Shown here in pieces: positions 20,652-30,870 of a DNA stretch of 64,000 bases (within the stretch, counting starts at the first letter, position 1; each line of letters opens with the position of its first letter). The translations under genes were made by a program, and so were the position numbers. Under the pieces are notes generated by a model. It made no database searches. It was given only the letters and a program-made list of their open reading frames with translations, and was not told where the DNA came from. The stretch is from Promethearchaeia archaeon (GTDB lineage Archaea > Asgardarchaeota > Lokiarchaeia > Sigyniarchaeales > SOKP01), in the NCBI GenBank assembly GCA_029856145.1, contig JAHQWK010000002.1, positions 181,936 through 245,935 of the forward strand. Reading direction: 5' to 3'.

Positions 20652-20951
20652 TTAATATTTTAGTAATAGATTTTATTATAGTTATAAATAAAAATACTTT
20701 GTTTTTATTACATATATAGTCCAATTTTTAAAAGTACGATAAATGAAAGATTCATCTTTATGAGTAAGATTAAATTATAAACCTCCTAAAATAAGAGAGA
20801 AAATTTGAGAAGAGTTTTTTCGAAGGGAAACGAGATTAGCGAATGATTTAATTAGAAATTCTTCTCATATTCTCTCATGTAGGAGAAGGTAATTTAAAAA
20901 AACAATTATTTTTCTTTATTTTTATTTTTAAACTCCTAACTTTTTTGTAAA

Positions 20952-21467
20952 CTAGCATTTAATTTTATCTAAAATATTGTCAATATAATGAACATTTTCC
21001 TTTCCAGCCTCATCTATTAATAACCGTGAGATTGATTTCTTAAAACTCCAGATTTCAATTTCTTTTTTTAATTCTTTTAATTTTTTTACAACATCTAAAA
21101 AATCTGAGTCTCCACTTACCAATATTGCTTTATCATATGTATCATCTTCAGCTAATTCTACAATATCTTTATATATAAAGACATCAACACCCTTTTGTTT
21201 TTTTATACCAGTTGGAGAGATAATAACTGGTTTTGGTTGGATTACAAAACCCTGAGCTTTTAAATAATTTAAAAAATTGAGTTTTTTTGGTAAAATCTTA
21301 TTAGGGATTCCCATATACATAAAAAGTCCAACTAAATGATGATTATTAGTAAAAATATCTTTAAGCTTTAAATAATTAATCCGTATGTTCAGATTTTCGA
21401 TATTATGGAATAAATTTGCGTGATCAATAAAAATTATTACTCGCTTTCTTTCGAGACTTTGATTCAC
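20952..21467 (-). CDS. NYN (LabA/DUF88) PIN-fold ribonuclease domain protein
   Basis: FIDHANL, QKGVDV, LVSGDSDF. Confidence 0.92.
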   Translation of the reverse strand: MNQSLERKRVIIFIDHANLFHNIENLNIRINYLKLKDIFTNNHHLVGLFMYMGIPNKILPKKLNFLNYLKAQGFVIQPKPVIISPTGIKKQKGVDVFIYKDIVELAEDDTYDKAILVSGDSDFLDVVKKLKELKKEIEIWSFKKSISRLLIDEAGKENVHYIDNILDKIKC

Positions 21468-21605
21468 TCTTGGAATCCCTTTATTTTTTCTTTTATTTTA
21501 ATTTGCATGGAATTCTTAATTCAATAACACTTCTATTATCTAATATAAAAAGGCGTATTTTTTTTGAGAATTGGAAAGTAAGAATTGTGGATTGTAAATT
21601 ATATT

Positions 21606-22364
21606 TTATAGATCCTTGTTGTCATTAACCAATTCACTCAACCAACCTGAATTTTCTTTTAATTTCTCATAGGTGTTCTTATCTCCAAAGTCCCCTCTAA
21701 ATTGATTTTTTTTCAATTTAATAACTCGAATTTTCCACTTTCTTGTATTAATTCCAATCTTTAATGCAGCAGTTAATTCAATTTCACCACGCTTAGATGG
21801 TTTAAGATTATTTAAAACCTCAAAAATTTCTTTTGAAAAGATAAAAATTCCAGAATTATTTAGATTTGATTTAGATTTACCTTTAGGTGGCTTTTCTACG
21901 ATGTCCAAACAGAAATTATTTCTTGTATAAACTGCTGCTCCCAGATACGGATCACTAGTATAGTTTGAAACTAAAATAAAATTATGGTGTTTTTGGTTAA
22001 AAAGACTCAAAATATCTTTATATATAGAATACGGTACTAATATATCTCCCCATGTTAGAAAAAAATGTGAGTTTTTAATGACTTTTTCACATTCTAATAA
22101 AGCCCCTCCTGTGCCGTTTAACTTTTTTTGTTCAATATATTCTAAATTGATATTCCAATTCTCTCCATTTTTAAAATAGTCGATAATTTGTTCTTTTTTA
22201 TATCCTACAACCAAAATAAAATCTTTAAACCCCGCATATATTAAACCATTTAATATATATTCTAAAAGAGGTTTGTTATGAATGGGGAGCATTGATTTCT
22301 GAAAAGTATCTGTATATGGTTTTAGACGTTTTCCATAACCGGCACATAGAATTACTCCTTTCAA
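21606..22364 (-). CDS. Sugar-phosphate nucleotidyltransferase (GlmU N-terminal-like)
   Basis: ILCAGYGKRLKP, GTGGAL, VEKP, SKRGEIELT. Confidence 0.9.
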   Translation of the reverse strand: MKGVILCAGYGKRLKPYTDTFQKSMLPIHNKPLLEYILNGLIYAGFKDFILVVGYKKEQIIDYFKNGENWNINLEYIEQKKLNGTGGALLECEKVIKNSHFFLTWGDILVPYSIYKDILSLFNQKHHNFILVSNYTSDPYLGAAVYTRNNFCLDIVEKPPKGKSKSNLNNSGIFIFSKEIFEVLNNLKPSKRGEIELTAALKIGINTRKWKIRVIKLKKNQFRGDFGDKNTYEKLKENSGWLSELVNDNKDL

Positions 22365-22585
22365 TATATATCGACTCTATAACTAGTTTTATATTATATT
22401 GATATTCAACTTATATGAAAATACTATATGGAACACCTAGATAATCATTTTTTATGATCAATTATATTATTCACATATCACTGAAGTATTATAATTCTTT
22501 TTTTTTCCAATTTCGTAGATAATATTAATCGGATAAAAGCAGCAACAGTATTTTTAAAAAGAAACGATATAATATTCTGAGATTA

Positions 22586-23335
22586 ATGATTTGCGATGTT
22601 CTCATAATTAAGGATGGATTACCACTATTATCTAAGAGTCTCTGTAATTCTACTAATATTAAAAATTTGTTTTCAGAAATAGATAACCTAATAATGGTAT
22701 CTGGGTTTTTTTCAGCATTAAATTCGTTTTCTGATTCATTTGATGACTTAGGAACTATAAGCGAATTAAAACTTTCGAATAATAATCTGAAACTCTCTTT
22801 TTTAAAAGATTTAAACATTCCTGATTTAATTTACCTTGCTTCTTATGATAAAAATTCAAAACATATTGATGTAAAAAGATTTTTAAAAAAAATCTCTGAA
22901 TCTTTTTTAAAAGAATTTAATATAGATCAAATTTTAAAGTGGAATGGAAGATTAGACAGTTTTAAATCATTTGGTAATGTAATTGAACGATTTATTGAAG
23001 AAGAGGAGAGAACCAAAAAAGCTCAATATAATGATCAAGTCGTTGATTGGCTAAGAAGTTTTGAAAACGAAGCAGATAAAGGCCCAAAACAAAGAACCGA
23101 ATCAGAAATAGTTGAATCAATTCCGGAATACTATGATTATATCCCAATTTTCACTAGCACCAAAAAAATTAATCCAAAATATTATTTAACAGGAGAAAAA
23201 TCATTCAAGGTTTATAATCATATAGATGGGAAAAAATCGATCATCCAAATATCAAACCAATTAAATATTCAGCAAAATAAAGTGTATAATATATGTAAAA
23301 ACCTTATCAAGATGGGTTTTATCTCATTAAACTAA
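22586..23335 (+). CDS. Longin-like domain protein with C-terminal winged helix
   Basis: VLIIKDGLPLL...MVSGFFSALNSF...ISELKL longin-like pattern; IDGKKSIIQISNQL...ICKNLIKMGFI winged helix. Confidence 0.72.
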   Translation: MICDVLIIKDGLPLLSKSLCNSTNIKNLFSEIDNLIMVSGFFSALNSFSDSFDDLGTISELKLSNNNLKLSFLKDLNIPDLIYLASYDKNSKHIDVKRFLKKISESFLKEFNIDQILKWNGRLDSFKSFGNVIERFIEEEERTKKAQYNDQVVDWLRSFENEADKGPKQRTESEIVESIPEYYDYIPIFTSTKKINPKYYLTGEKSFKVYNHIDGKKSIIQISNQLNIQQNKVYNICKNLIKMGFISLN

Positions 23336-23511
23336 TTATTTCATTAAATTAATTTATTACATTATTTCCATAAATTTTTTTACCACAAAACTTATTGTTC
23401 TGTTTTGTTACACCCTCAATCACAAATTTTTCTTCCCTAGTATATTAATACCATCATTTTCTTATTACAATAGAGTAAAGAATCTTAATAGCAGGCGTTT
23501 TGGTGTAAAAA

Positions 23512-25632
23512 ATTTCCGTATCCTCAATTGATCCTTCATCTATAGATACTCTTATAGAAGAGTTAAAAATCGCAACAGGAATGAAATTTGAACATTATCA
23601 AAGAAAATTTCTTGAAAAACGTATTGATTTTAGGATGAAGAACTTAAATCTAAATTACTATCAAGATTACATAAAATATATTCGTGAAAATCCTGTTGAA
23701 GTTGATTTGTTTTTAGATAAATTTACGATTAACTATACTTATTTTTTTAGAAATTATAATATTTTTAAGAATTTCGAGAATTATATCAAATTCTATGTCA
23801 GTTACACCAATAGACCACTTCGTATATGGTCAGCGCCTTGTGCTACTGGAGATGAACCATATACAATAGCAATGATATTAGAGCAGATGAAAAAGAATAA
23901 TAAAAATTTTCCTGATTTTGAAATTGTAGCTTCAGATATTGATCCCGCTGCCCTTAAAGTGGCAAAAGAAGGGATTTATGGAGAGTATCCAGTACATGAA
24001 ACTCCAGAGAACTATTTGAAGTCTTATTTTTCAATACAAGACACTGAACTCGGTCCAAAATTTATTTTATCCAAAGAAATTAAAGATAAGGTTGAATTAA
24101 TTCAAGAGGATATTATTAAGGGTCATCAAAAAAAAGGAAAATATGATTTTATTTTTTGTAGAAATTTCTTTATATATATAAATCAATTTGCAAGGGAAAA
24201 GTTATTACAAACTTTAGAATCACGGCTTTATGATGGAGGATTATTAATTTTAGGAGGTTCAGAGAGACTTCCCCTTAAAAATAGTAATTTTAAGTCAATA
24301 AATATAAGAGATCGTTTTTATGTTAAAAATTTAACTACTCAAAATGTTGTTTTTAAGAACAAGGTTCATAATCTATTTAAAAGTTACAAAGTTTCTAAAC
24401 CTGAGATCAAAAAGCCAGCAAGGAAACATTTAGAACACGCTACTGATGAGGATGTAAAAATAATCCACACAAAAGCACTAATTAAAACAGTTCCTAAAGA
24501 TCTTTCAAATAAAGTAAAAATTTCTGAAAATGAAATTAAGAAGAAAAAGTCTAAACCTGATAAAGAAATCAAAGAATTAAATAAGCTTGAAAGTATAGAA
24601 ACAGAAGTTAAGATAATTGGAATTGAGATTAATAATGGTTCTAACGGAAATGGCACTAAACTTCAAAATAATCAATTAAAAGAATCTATGAAAGACATTA
24701 GAGAAGAATCTAAAATTTCTTCACTTAAACATTGGGAAAAAAAATTAAGGCAACGAGAATTGCATGTGGAGCAACGTGAAAAAGCTATAGAAGAGAGGAT
24801 TACCTACATAGATGAAAAATATAATAAAATAGAAAGAAAAAGAAAAGAAGTAAACGAATTAGTTAATGAACTTAAGGAAAAAGAAGAGGAAGTTAAAAAT
24901 AGGATAGAAATTTTAGAGCGCCTCACTAAACGAGTAGAACAAAGAGAAAGACTAATAGAACAAAAAGAAAAACAATTTGAACGCAGAATAAGACAAGTAG
25001 GAGATTATACCAGACAAGTTGCACAACAAGAAGTTCAAATAAATGGATTTTCAAAAGATTTTATAGTAAACGAAGAAAACATTAACAAATATGAAGAAAA
25101 ACGCATGGATCGAATTGATAAACCAAATGAGAAAAAGGAATTAAATATTCCTATGGGATACTATGGACTAATTAATTCTTTCGATAAAAATGATGTTGCT
25201 ACTAATTTTGTAATAAAAGGTTTGGGATCAGGTATATCTTTAATTCTTAAAGATTCAGTGACTAATATTTTTGCTTTATCCCATATGTCATTACCTTCTT
25301 CATCAGCCTCAAAACAAGGTTATCATTTCCTTTTCCCTCATACATTTGTAGATACTGCAGTTAAAGATTTATATAATAACCTATTATTTCATGGTGCTAA
25401 AAAAACAAATATTCAAGCTTTAATGGTGGGAGGCGCAAAATTATTCCTAGACTATGATATGACATATCAAGAAAATATTGATGCTGTAAAAAAGCAATTA
25501 AACACATTTCAAATAGAAGTTGAAGCTGAAGATTTGGGTGGATTAAGTGAAAGAGCAGTTATTTACGATACAATAAATGATGCACTTTATGTTAAAAAGA
25601 CTTGGGAGTTTGAGTATAGAAAAATTAACTAG
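23512..25632 (+). CDS. CheR methyltransferase-coiled coil-CheD-like fusion protein (probable ATT start at 23512; first ATG at 23581)
   Basis: CheR: TINYTYFFR, IWSAPCATGDEPY, ASDID, FCRN. CheD: GLGSG, SHMSLP, FVDTAV, VGGA, EDLGG..R. Confidence 0.88.
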   Translation: MSVSSIDPSSIDTLIEELKIATGMKFEHYQRKFLEKRIDFRMKNLNLNYYQDYIKYIRENPVEVDLFLDKFTINYTYFFRNYNIFKNFENYIKFYVSYTNRPLRIWSAPCATGDEPYTIAMILEQMKKNNKNFPDFEIVASDIDPAALKVAKEGIYGEYPVHETPENYLKSYFSIQDTELGPKFILSKEIKDKVELIQEDIIKGHQKKGKYDFIFCRNFFIYINQFAREKLLQTLESRLYDGGLLILGGSERLPLKNSNFKSINIRDRFYVKNLTTQNVVFKNKVHNLFKSYKVSKPEIKKPARKHLEHATDEDVKIIHTKALIKTVPKDLSNKVKISENEIKKKKSKPDKEIKELNKLESIETEVKIIGIEINNGSNGNGTKLQNNQLKESMKDIREESKISSLKHWEKKLRQRELHVEQREKAIEERITYIDEKYNKIERKRKEVNELVNELKEKEEEVKNRIEILERLTKRVEQRERLIEQKEKQFERRIRQVGDYTRQVAQQEVQINGFSKDFIVNEENINKYEEKRMDRIDKPNEKKELNIPMGYYGLINSFDKNDVATNFVIKGLGSGISLILKDSVTNIFALSHMSLPSSSASKQGYHFLFPHTFVDTAVKDLYNNLLFHGAKKTNIQALMVGGAKLFLDYDMTYQENIDAVKKQLNTFQIEVEAEDLGGLSERAVIYDTINDALYVKKTWEFEYRKIN

Positions 25633-25683
25633 GATATCTATAAATACTTAGAACACATATAATAATCTTCAGTAGATATAATC

Positions 25684-25989
25684 TTAAGGTTGTTTTCTCT
25701 TTTGTTGGAATTTTTTTTTCTTGCGTTCTGTATTTTGAATTTCCTCTTCTAACTCATATAATTGCGAATTAGCTTTTCCTTGTAGTTTAAATTGCCCAAT
25801 AATTTTACTTTCTTCTCGTTCACCAGTTTTTGATACTTTTTCAAAAGATAATTCTATGGGTAAGTCTTGTTTTAAGGCTAAATTTATAAAGTTAATAAAA
25901 CCAATATGTTTACTTGGTGCAATATTGAATTTAATATTCACTTCTTTATTTTTCTTTGTACTGGTTTTCAAAATAAGGCGTAGTTTCAA
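25684..25989 (-). CDS. Hypothetical protein
   Basis: 101-aa ORF, GGAG upstream of TTG start. Confidence 0.7.
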   Translation of the reverse strand: MKLRLILKTSTKKNKEVNIKFNIAPSKHIGFINFINLALKQDLPIELSFEKVSKTGEREESKIIGQFKLQGKANSQLYELEEEIQNTERKKKKFQQKRKQP

Positions 25990-26114
25990 TGGTTTTCAAT
26001 CTCCTTCTTGTTTAAATCATTAATTTATATATTTAAAATAACCTAAAATAAAAAAACTATGTTATTTTATAATGTGAAATATATTTTAATTTAACCTATA
26101 AAATAGTATAAAAT

Positions 26115-26738
26115 ATGCCTTCTAAATTTAGATTAAGATATATTTTTAGGCCACTGGTAAATCTAATAGCAAAAGGTTTAATCAGAATTGGTATCACACC
26201 AAATTTAGCTACAATCATTATGTTTTGTTTTTCATTCTTAAGCTTTATCTCTTTGGCATTTTTTCGAAATCTACTATGTTTTTCGATTTTAGTATTTATT
26301 ACAGGAATTATGGATGGGTGTGATGGAGCAATCGCTCGATTGACTAATAAATCTACAAAATTTGGCGGCTTTTTTGATTCATTTATGGACAGAACTTCTG
26401 AGTTTTTTATATTCTTAGGATTGTATATTTACAGCCAAGATCAATTGCTATGGAATTGTTTTGATATGAAACTCATTATCCTAATATCTTTCTTAGCTTC
26501 AATTATGATTAGTTATACTAGAGCAAGAGCAGAAGTATTTTTTAAAGGAGATTTCGATGTTGGACTTATGGCAAGATCGGAAAGATTATTATATCTTGTT
26601 ATAATCTCCATTATCAGTTTTTTTTACGATTTCTTTAATTTATTTTTATTTATCTTTATGTGGCTTGTGATAGGAACATTTCTTTTTAGGATGATAAATA
26701 TCTATTACATAATAAAAAAAAGGAATAATCAAATATGA
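26115..26738 (+). CDS. CDP-alcohol phosphatidyltransferase (archaetidylinositol phosphate synthase-like)
   Basis: ITPN, DGCDGAIAR...GGFFDSFMDR, SYTRARAE, RSERL. Confidence 0.9.
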   Translation: MPSKFRLRYIFRPLVNLIAKGLIRIGITPNLATIIMFCFSFLSFISLAFFRNLLCFSILVFITGIMDGCDGAIARLTNKSTKFGGFFDSFMDRTSEFFIFLGLYIYSQDQLLWNCFDMKLIILISFLASIMISYTRARAEVFFKGDFDVGLMARSERLLYLVIISIISFFYDFFNLFLFIFMWLVIGTFLFRMINIYYIIKKRNNQI

Positions 26739-26758
26739 TATAAAGAGCACTTTTATGC

Positions 26759-27487
26759 TTACTTTTTAGGAAATTCTATTCTTAATCTTTCCCCATCTTT
26801 TAAATTAAGCTTATCTCTTAGGAAAGGAGCCGCTAGGATTTCCACGATATTTTTCTTATGGTGTGTTCTTTTAATTCTCAAAATAGCACCATTTATTTTA
26901 TTAGCCTGATCATCTAAACGAGACACAATACAATCATAACAATCTACTGCTCCATATGTCCGTTTTACGCGCCCTTCTTCTTTTTCTTCTTCCTTTTCAA
27001 ACCCAATAATTCTAACAGGGATTCGATTTTTTAAATTTTCTTCTAATAATTCTTTATTAAGATCACTAAATTGTAGATTTAATGTTCCATAATAAGGTGT
27101 AAATCCTAATTTTTTTTTAAATTGTTCATAATATTCTTTAATTCTAACGTAATAACCTCCTTCTCCCATTCCTTCAGTGACTTCTCCCACTATCAGTATT
27201 TCTTCGAGGATTTGTTTTAAATCTTTATACATTGCAAGTATAACATCAGCACCTGTCTTCGTGATTCTTATAATTTGTTCTTTCCCTGCAATCTTTCTTT
27301 GAATCCAACCTATTTCTTCTAATTGATTAATTCTTCTGGAAGCTGTTTGTTGAGATAAATTGAGGATCTTGCCAAATTCAACACTACTAATATGAATAGC
27401 TTTACGACTTCCAATAATTTGGCAAAGATTATACAGTGCAAACCAATTTGCATAATTATCTGAAGAAATACTATCTTTAGCCTCCAT
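26759..27487 (-). CDS. ribK: CTP-dependent riboflavin kinase with N-terminal winged HTH (RbkR-type)
   Basis: SQQTASRR HTH; GMGEGGYY, PYYGTLN, EILA..LR..L.LKDG; start MEAKD overlaps the ribL end. Confidence 0.92.
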   Translation of the reverse strand: MEAKDSISSDNYANWFALYNLCQIIGSRKAIHISSVEFGKILNLSQQTASRRINQLEEIGWIQRKIAGKEQIIRITKTGADVILAMYKDLKQILEEILIVGEVTEGMGEGGYYVRIKEYYEQFKKKLGFTPYYGTLNLQFSDLNKELLEENLKNRIPVRIIGFEKEEEKEEGRVKRTYGAVDCYDCIVSRLDDQANKINGAILRIKRTHHKKNIVEILAAPFLRDKLNLKDGERLRIEFPKK

Positions 27488-27953
27488 TCTGAAAATTTTC
27501 TTTTTTATTTTCTTTATGTTTTTCAATAATTTTTTGTTTTATTAAACTTGAACTATGCAACTCATATTTATCATAATAGATTTCAAGTCTTCTAACTTCA
27601 ATATGATATAATCCTTTTTCCTTAAGCCCTTTTTTCAGAATTTCTACACTATATTTCTGATCAGGTCCTAAAAGAATAATATCTGGGTTAATTTCCTCAA
27701 CTGTTTTAAGTGTATCATTATCATTTCTGCCTGACCTAGCATCCTTCACATTTTTTAAGTTTTTTATTATCTCTAACCTTTGTTCTTGGGGAATAATTGG
27801 ACGTTCACCTGAAAATAATTCACGATTTTTATCTGTAGCAACAACCACATATACATCTCCTAGTTTTGCGGCCTCATTAATAAGATAGATGTGGCCAGCA
27901 TGAATAAGATCGAATGTACCAGTGACTAATACCCTTTTTTTTAGATCATTCAT
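27477..27953 (-). CDS. ribL: FAD synthase (archaeal RibL-type cytidylyltransferase)
   Basis: GTFDLIHAGH, PDIILLGPDQ, SSSLIK; adjacent to ribK. Confidence 0.88.
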   Translation of the reverse strand: MNDLKKRVLVTGTFDLIHAGHIYLINEAAKLGDVYVVVATDKNRELFSGERPIIPQEQRLEIIKNLKNVKDARSGRNDNDTLKTVEEINPDIILLGPDQKYSVEILKKGLKEKGLYHIEVRRLEIYYDKYELHSSSLIKQKIIEKHKENKKENFQNGG

Positions 27954-27996
27954 CTTTATGTACTTAAATATATAATTCAGATAAACTTAATTGGTT

Positions 27997-28629
27997 TTAG
28001 AGATTATTTTCAAAACATTTTTTCAAGTCATCCATTTGTATCGCTAGAGAGATATCGCCTCTTGTTTTTTCGATTAAATTTCTAGCAACATCTACTTTAT
28101 GTCGTAAATCCTGAGTCACTCCAGCAGGGTAATCCAATGTAAACAAATACGTATAGATCTCATCCATATTTTCTAAAATAGAATTTAAATCTTCAACACG
28201 AGAATTTCTAATATTATCTAGAGCGTACCTTCGCAACTCTCCAACAACATCTGCTAATCCTAATAGAAAATTTAAAGGATTAATCTTTAATTCAATGGGT
28301 GATGGAATCTCTTCCTTACTAATAATTGAATAAAAAGCAATTGATTCAGCAAATTCCTGCTCCGGAGTTTTCAAATATTTGAAAAAAATTCCAGGATTTT
28401 TATTAACTAATTTTAGTAAATCTTTATGTTTGATCTTAATTGTGTTTGTTCTTTCATGAAATTTATCAAACTCTTTTCTATGAATATTTTTTATAGCAAT
28501 ACTACAATCTCTAACTATATCGCGAGACAATTTCAAAATCTCTTCTCTATCTTGATATAATATCTCTAATAAGTCAGTTATGTCTGAAAAAGCTTTTTTA
28601 AGATTCATAATAATAGATATTAATTTCAA
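27997..28629 (-). CDS. Translin/TRAX family protein
   Basis: REEILKLSRD, QEFAE, LLGLADVVGELRR, LRHKVD. Confidence 0.92.
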   Translation of the reverse strand: MKLISIIMNLKKAFSDITDLLEILYQDREEILKLSRDIVRDCSIAIKNIHRKEFDKFHERTNTIKIKHKDLLKLVNKNPGIFFKYLKTPEQEFAESIAFYSIISKEEIPSPIELKINPLNFLLGLADVVGELRRYALDNIRNSRVEDLNSILENMDEIYTYLFTLDYPAGVTQDLRHKVDVARNLIEKTRGDISLAIQMDDLKKCFENNL

Positions 28630-28733
28630 TAATAATTAATTTGAATTTTGAATATAATTATTTATCAAAAGTAAGAAAAATATTTAGAATTTATTATAAC
28701 ATATTGGTTAAAAGACTAAAATAAGGATTTATC

Positions 28734-30794
28734 ATGAAAATCTTATTAATTCACTCTCAAGATGTAGAAGTCGTTAAAAATAAAGAAGCCACCAGCAATC
28801 CACAGGAATTTTCAGAGAAATTTATAAAAATGGAAGGTTTAATTCTTGTTTGTTTTGTTTCTGTTGAAGATCAAGATACATATGATACTAACTTAATAGC
28901 TAAACAAGGAGCAGACGAAATTGAAGCAGCAATATTACAGATTAATGGATTTCCAGAAAAACTTAGAGAAAAAAATGAAGAAATAAGAGAATACAATAAA
29001 AAGATTGAGAAAGGAGAAATAAAGGGAAAGCAAAGAAAAGTTTTGGAACTCATTAAAAATCGCGATAAATATCGTGTTGATAAAGTGTTAATATATCCAT
29101 GGGCTCATTTAAGTAAATTTCTTAGCAAAGATCAAAATGTTGTGGAAGTTTGTCCAAAAATAGCAGAAAACTTAGAAGAGAGGGGTATAGAAGCAAAATT
29201 TTCTCCATTCGGATGGTATAAATCATTTAAGATCGATTGTTTAGGCCATGAGATGGCTGAAATGTATAGAGACGTAAAATTAGCTATAAAACCAGAAGAA
29301 TATGTTAAAAATTCAATATTTAAAATTATTACAACTTCAGGAAAGGAGTTGAATGTAGAGTTTGACGAAAATAATGAAGTTTTACTACCTAAAGAGACAA
29401 AAGATCAAGACTTTCATATGTTTTTAAAATCAGAATTAGGGTCAAGAAAGGTTGATAAAGCAATTGAACCTGTTCATATAAAAATAATGAAAGAATTTGA
29501 ATTAGTGGATTTTGATCCTAATACTGATGCAGGAAATTTAAGGTGGTATACAAAAGGAGTTATAATGAAGAACTTGATTAAAAATTTTATAGAAGATCGA
29601 TTAATAGATTATGGGGCAATACTTATTGATACTCCAATTATGTATACAGTTAAAAAAAAAAAATTAACAGCTCAAACTGCTCGATTTCCAGCTAGAAGTT
29701 ATTGGCTTGAATCTGGAAAAGATAGATATCTTTTAAGATATGCTAGTGACTTTCTTTTATTTGATTTGTTTTCTCAAATGAATTTAAAACCTCAATATCT
29801 TCCATTAAGAGTATATGAGTATGAACAGTATGATTTTCGAAGAGAACAAGAAGGTGAACTATCAGGTTTAAGACGATTACGTGGTTTTATCATGCCAGAC
29901 CTTCATACGTTATGTAGGGATATAAAATCTTCAATTGAAGAGTTTATAAAACAATATGATTTAATTAAGGATCTTGAAAAGGACTTAGGTATAAAATCCT
30001 ATGTTATATTCAGAGTAACAAGAAAGTTTTATGCAGAAAACAAGGATTGGATTATAAATTTAATAAAAACAGAAAAATATCCCGCGTTATTAGAATTATG
30101 GGAAGAAAGATACTATTATTATATTTTGAAATTTGAAAGAAATGTATTGTCTAATCAAAATAAAAGTGCGACCTTAGCTACAAATCAAATTGATGTTGAA
30201 AGCTCGTTAGAGCATATGATTGATAATGATGGTGTAAAAAGGGAAAAGTATAATATTTCTTTTATTGACACTGACGGTCAAGTGAAATACCCAATTATTC
30301 TTCATAATTCTCCAACTGGTGCTGTGGAAAGAATTTTATGGGGTTTGATCGAATCTGCTATTCGAAATAAAGATAAATTAGTTCCTGGGTTCAAGACGTG
30401 GTTATCTCCAATACAAGTAAGAATTATAACTGTTAGTGATGAACAAAACGAATATGCTGAGAAATTACTTAATATCATCAATGGGGAAGAGTTTAGAGCA
30501 GACTTTGATGATCGAGAAGAAACTGTAGGAAAGAAAATAAGACAATCTGAAATCGAGTGGATACCATATACAGTAATAATTGGTAAAAAAGAACAACAGA
30601 ATCAAACAATTTCTATTAGAAAGAGATTGATTGGTGAACCATTTGGTCCAAAAAAACAAACATCAGAACAGATTAATAACGTTAAGTTTGATAAATTGCT
30701 AGAAATGCTTGAAGAAGATACAAGGAATTTCCCAAACTACAAATTACCAATACCTTTTAGAAGGATCTCAACGAGAATTTATTTTAGACATTAA
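28734..30794 (+). CDS. thrS: Threonine--tRNA ligase (archaeal type with N-terminal editing domain)
   Basis: MKILLIH, YPWAHLS, PFGWYK, FRREQEGEL.GLRRLR.F.MPDLH, LHNSPTGAVER. Confidence 0.96.
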   Translation: MKILLIHSQDVEVVKNKEATSNPQEFSEKFIKMEGLILVCFVSVEDQDTYDTNLIAKQGADEIEAAILQINGFPEKLREKNEEIREYNKKIEKGEIKGKQRKVLELIKNRDKYRVDKVLIYPWAHLSKFLSKDQNVVEVCPKIAENLEERGIEAKFSPFGWYKSFKIDCLGHEMAEMYRDVKLAIKPEEYVKNSIFKIITTSGKELNVEFDENNEVLLPKETKDQDFHMFLKSELGSRKVDKAIEPVHIKIMKEFELVDFDPNTDAGNLRWYTKGVIMKNLIKNFIEDRLIDYGAILIDTPIMYTVKKKKLTAQTARFPARSYWLESGKDRYLLRYASDFLLFDLFSQMNLKPQYLPLRVYEYEQYDFRREQEGELSGLRRLRGFIMPDLHTLCRDIKSSIEEFIKQYDLIKDLEKDLGIKSYVIFRVTRKFYAENKDWIINLIKTEKYPALLELWEERYYYYILKFERNVLSNQNKSATLATNQIDVESSLEHMIDNDGVKREKYNISFIDTDGQVKYPIILHNSPTGAVERILWGLIESAIRNKDKLVPGFKTWLSPIQVRIITVSDEQNEYAEKLLNIINGEEFRADFDDREETVGKKIRQSEIEWIPYTVIIGKKEQQNQTISIRKRLIGEPFGPKKQTSEQINNVKFDKLLEMLEEDTRNFPNYKLPIPFRRISTRIYFRH

Positions 30795-30870
30795 AACTAC
30801 TCTTAATTTCTATTAAAAAAATATTTATGCGATCTGTTATTTTAAGCATAAATAACCTTTTTTTATTGTT

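Noticed and set aside
20740-20900. Several small hairpins (GTTTTTT-CGAA-GGGAAAC; CTTCTC...GAGAAG) between the NYN and zinc-ribbon genes
   Set aside because: Short, not clearly nested, no promoter/terminator framing; could be chance or terminator/UTR structure
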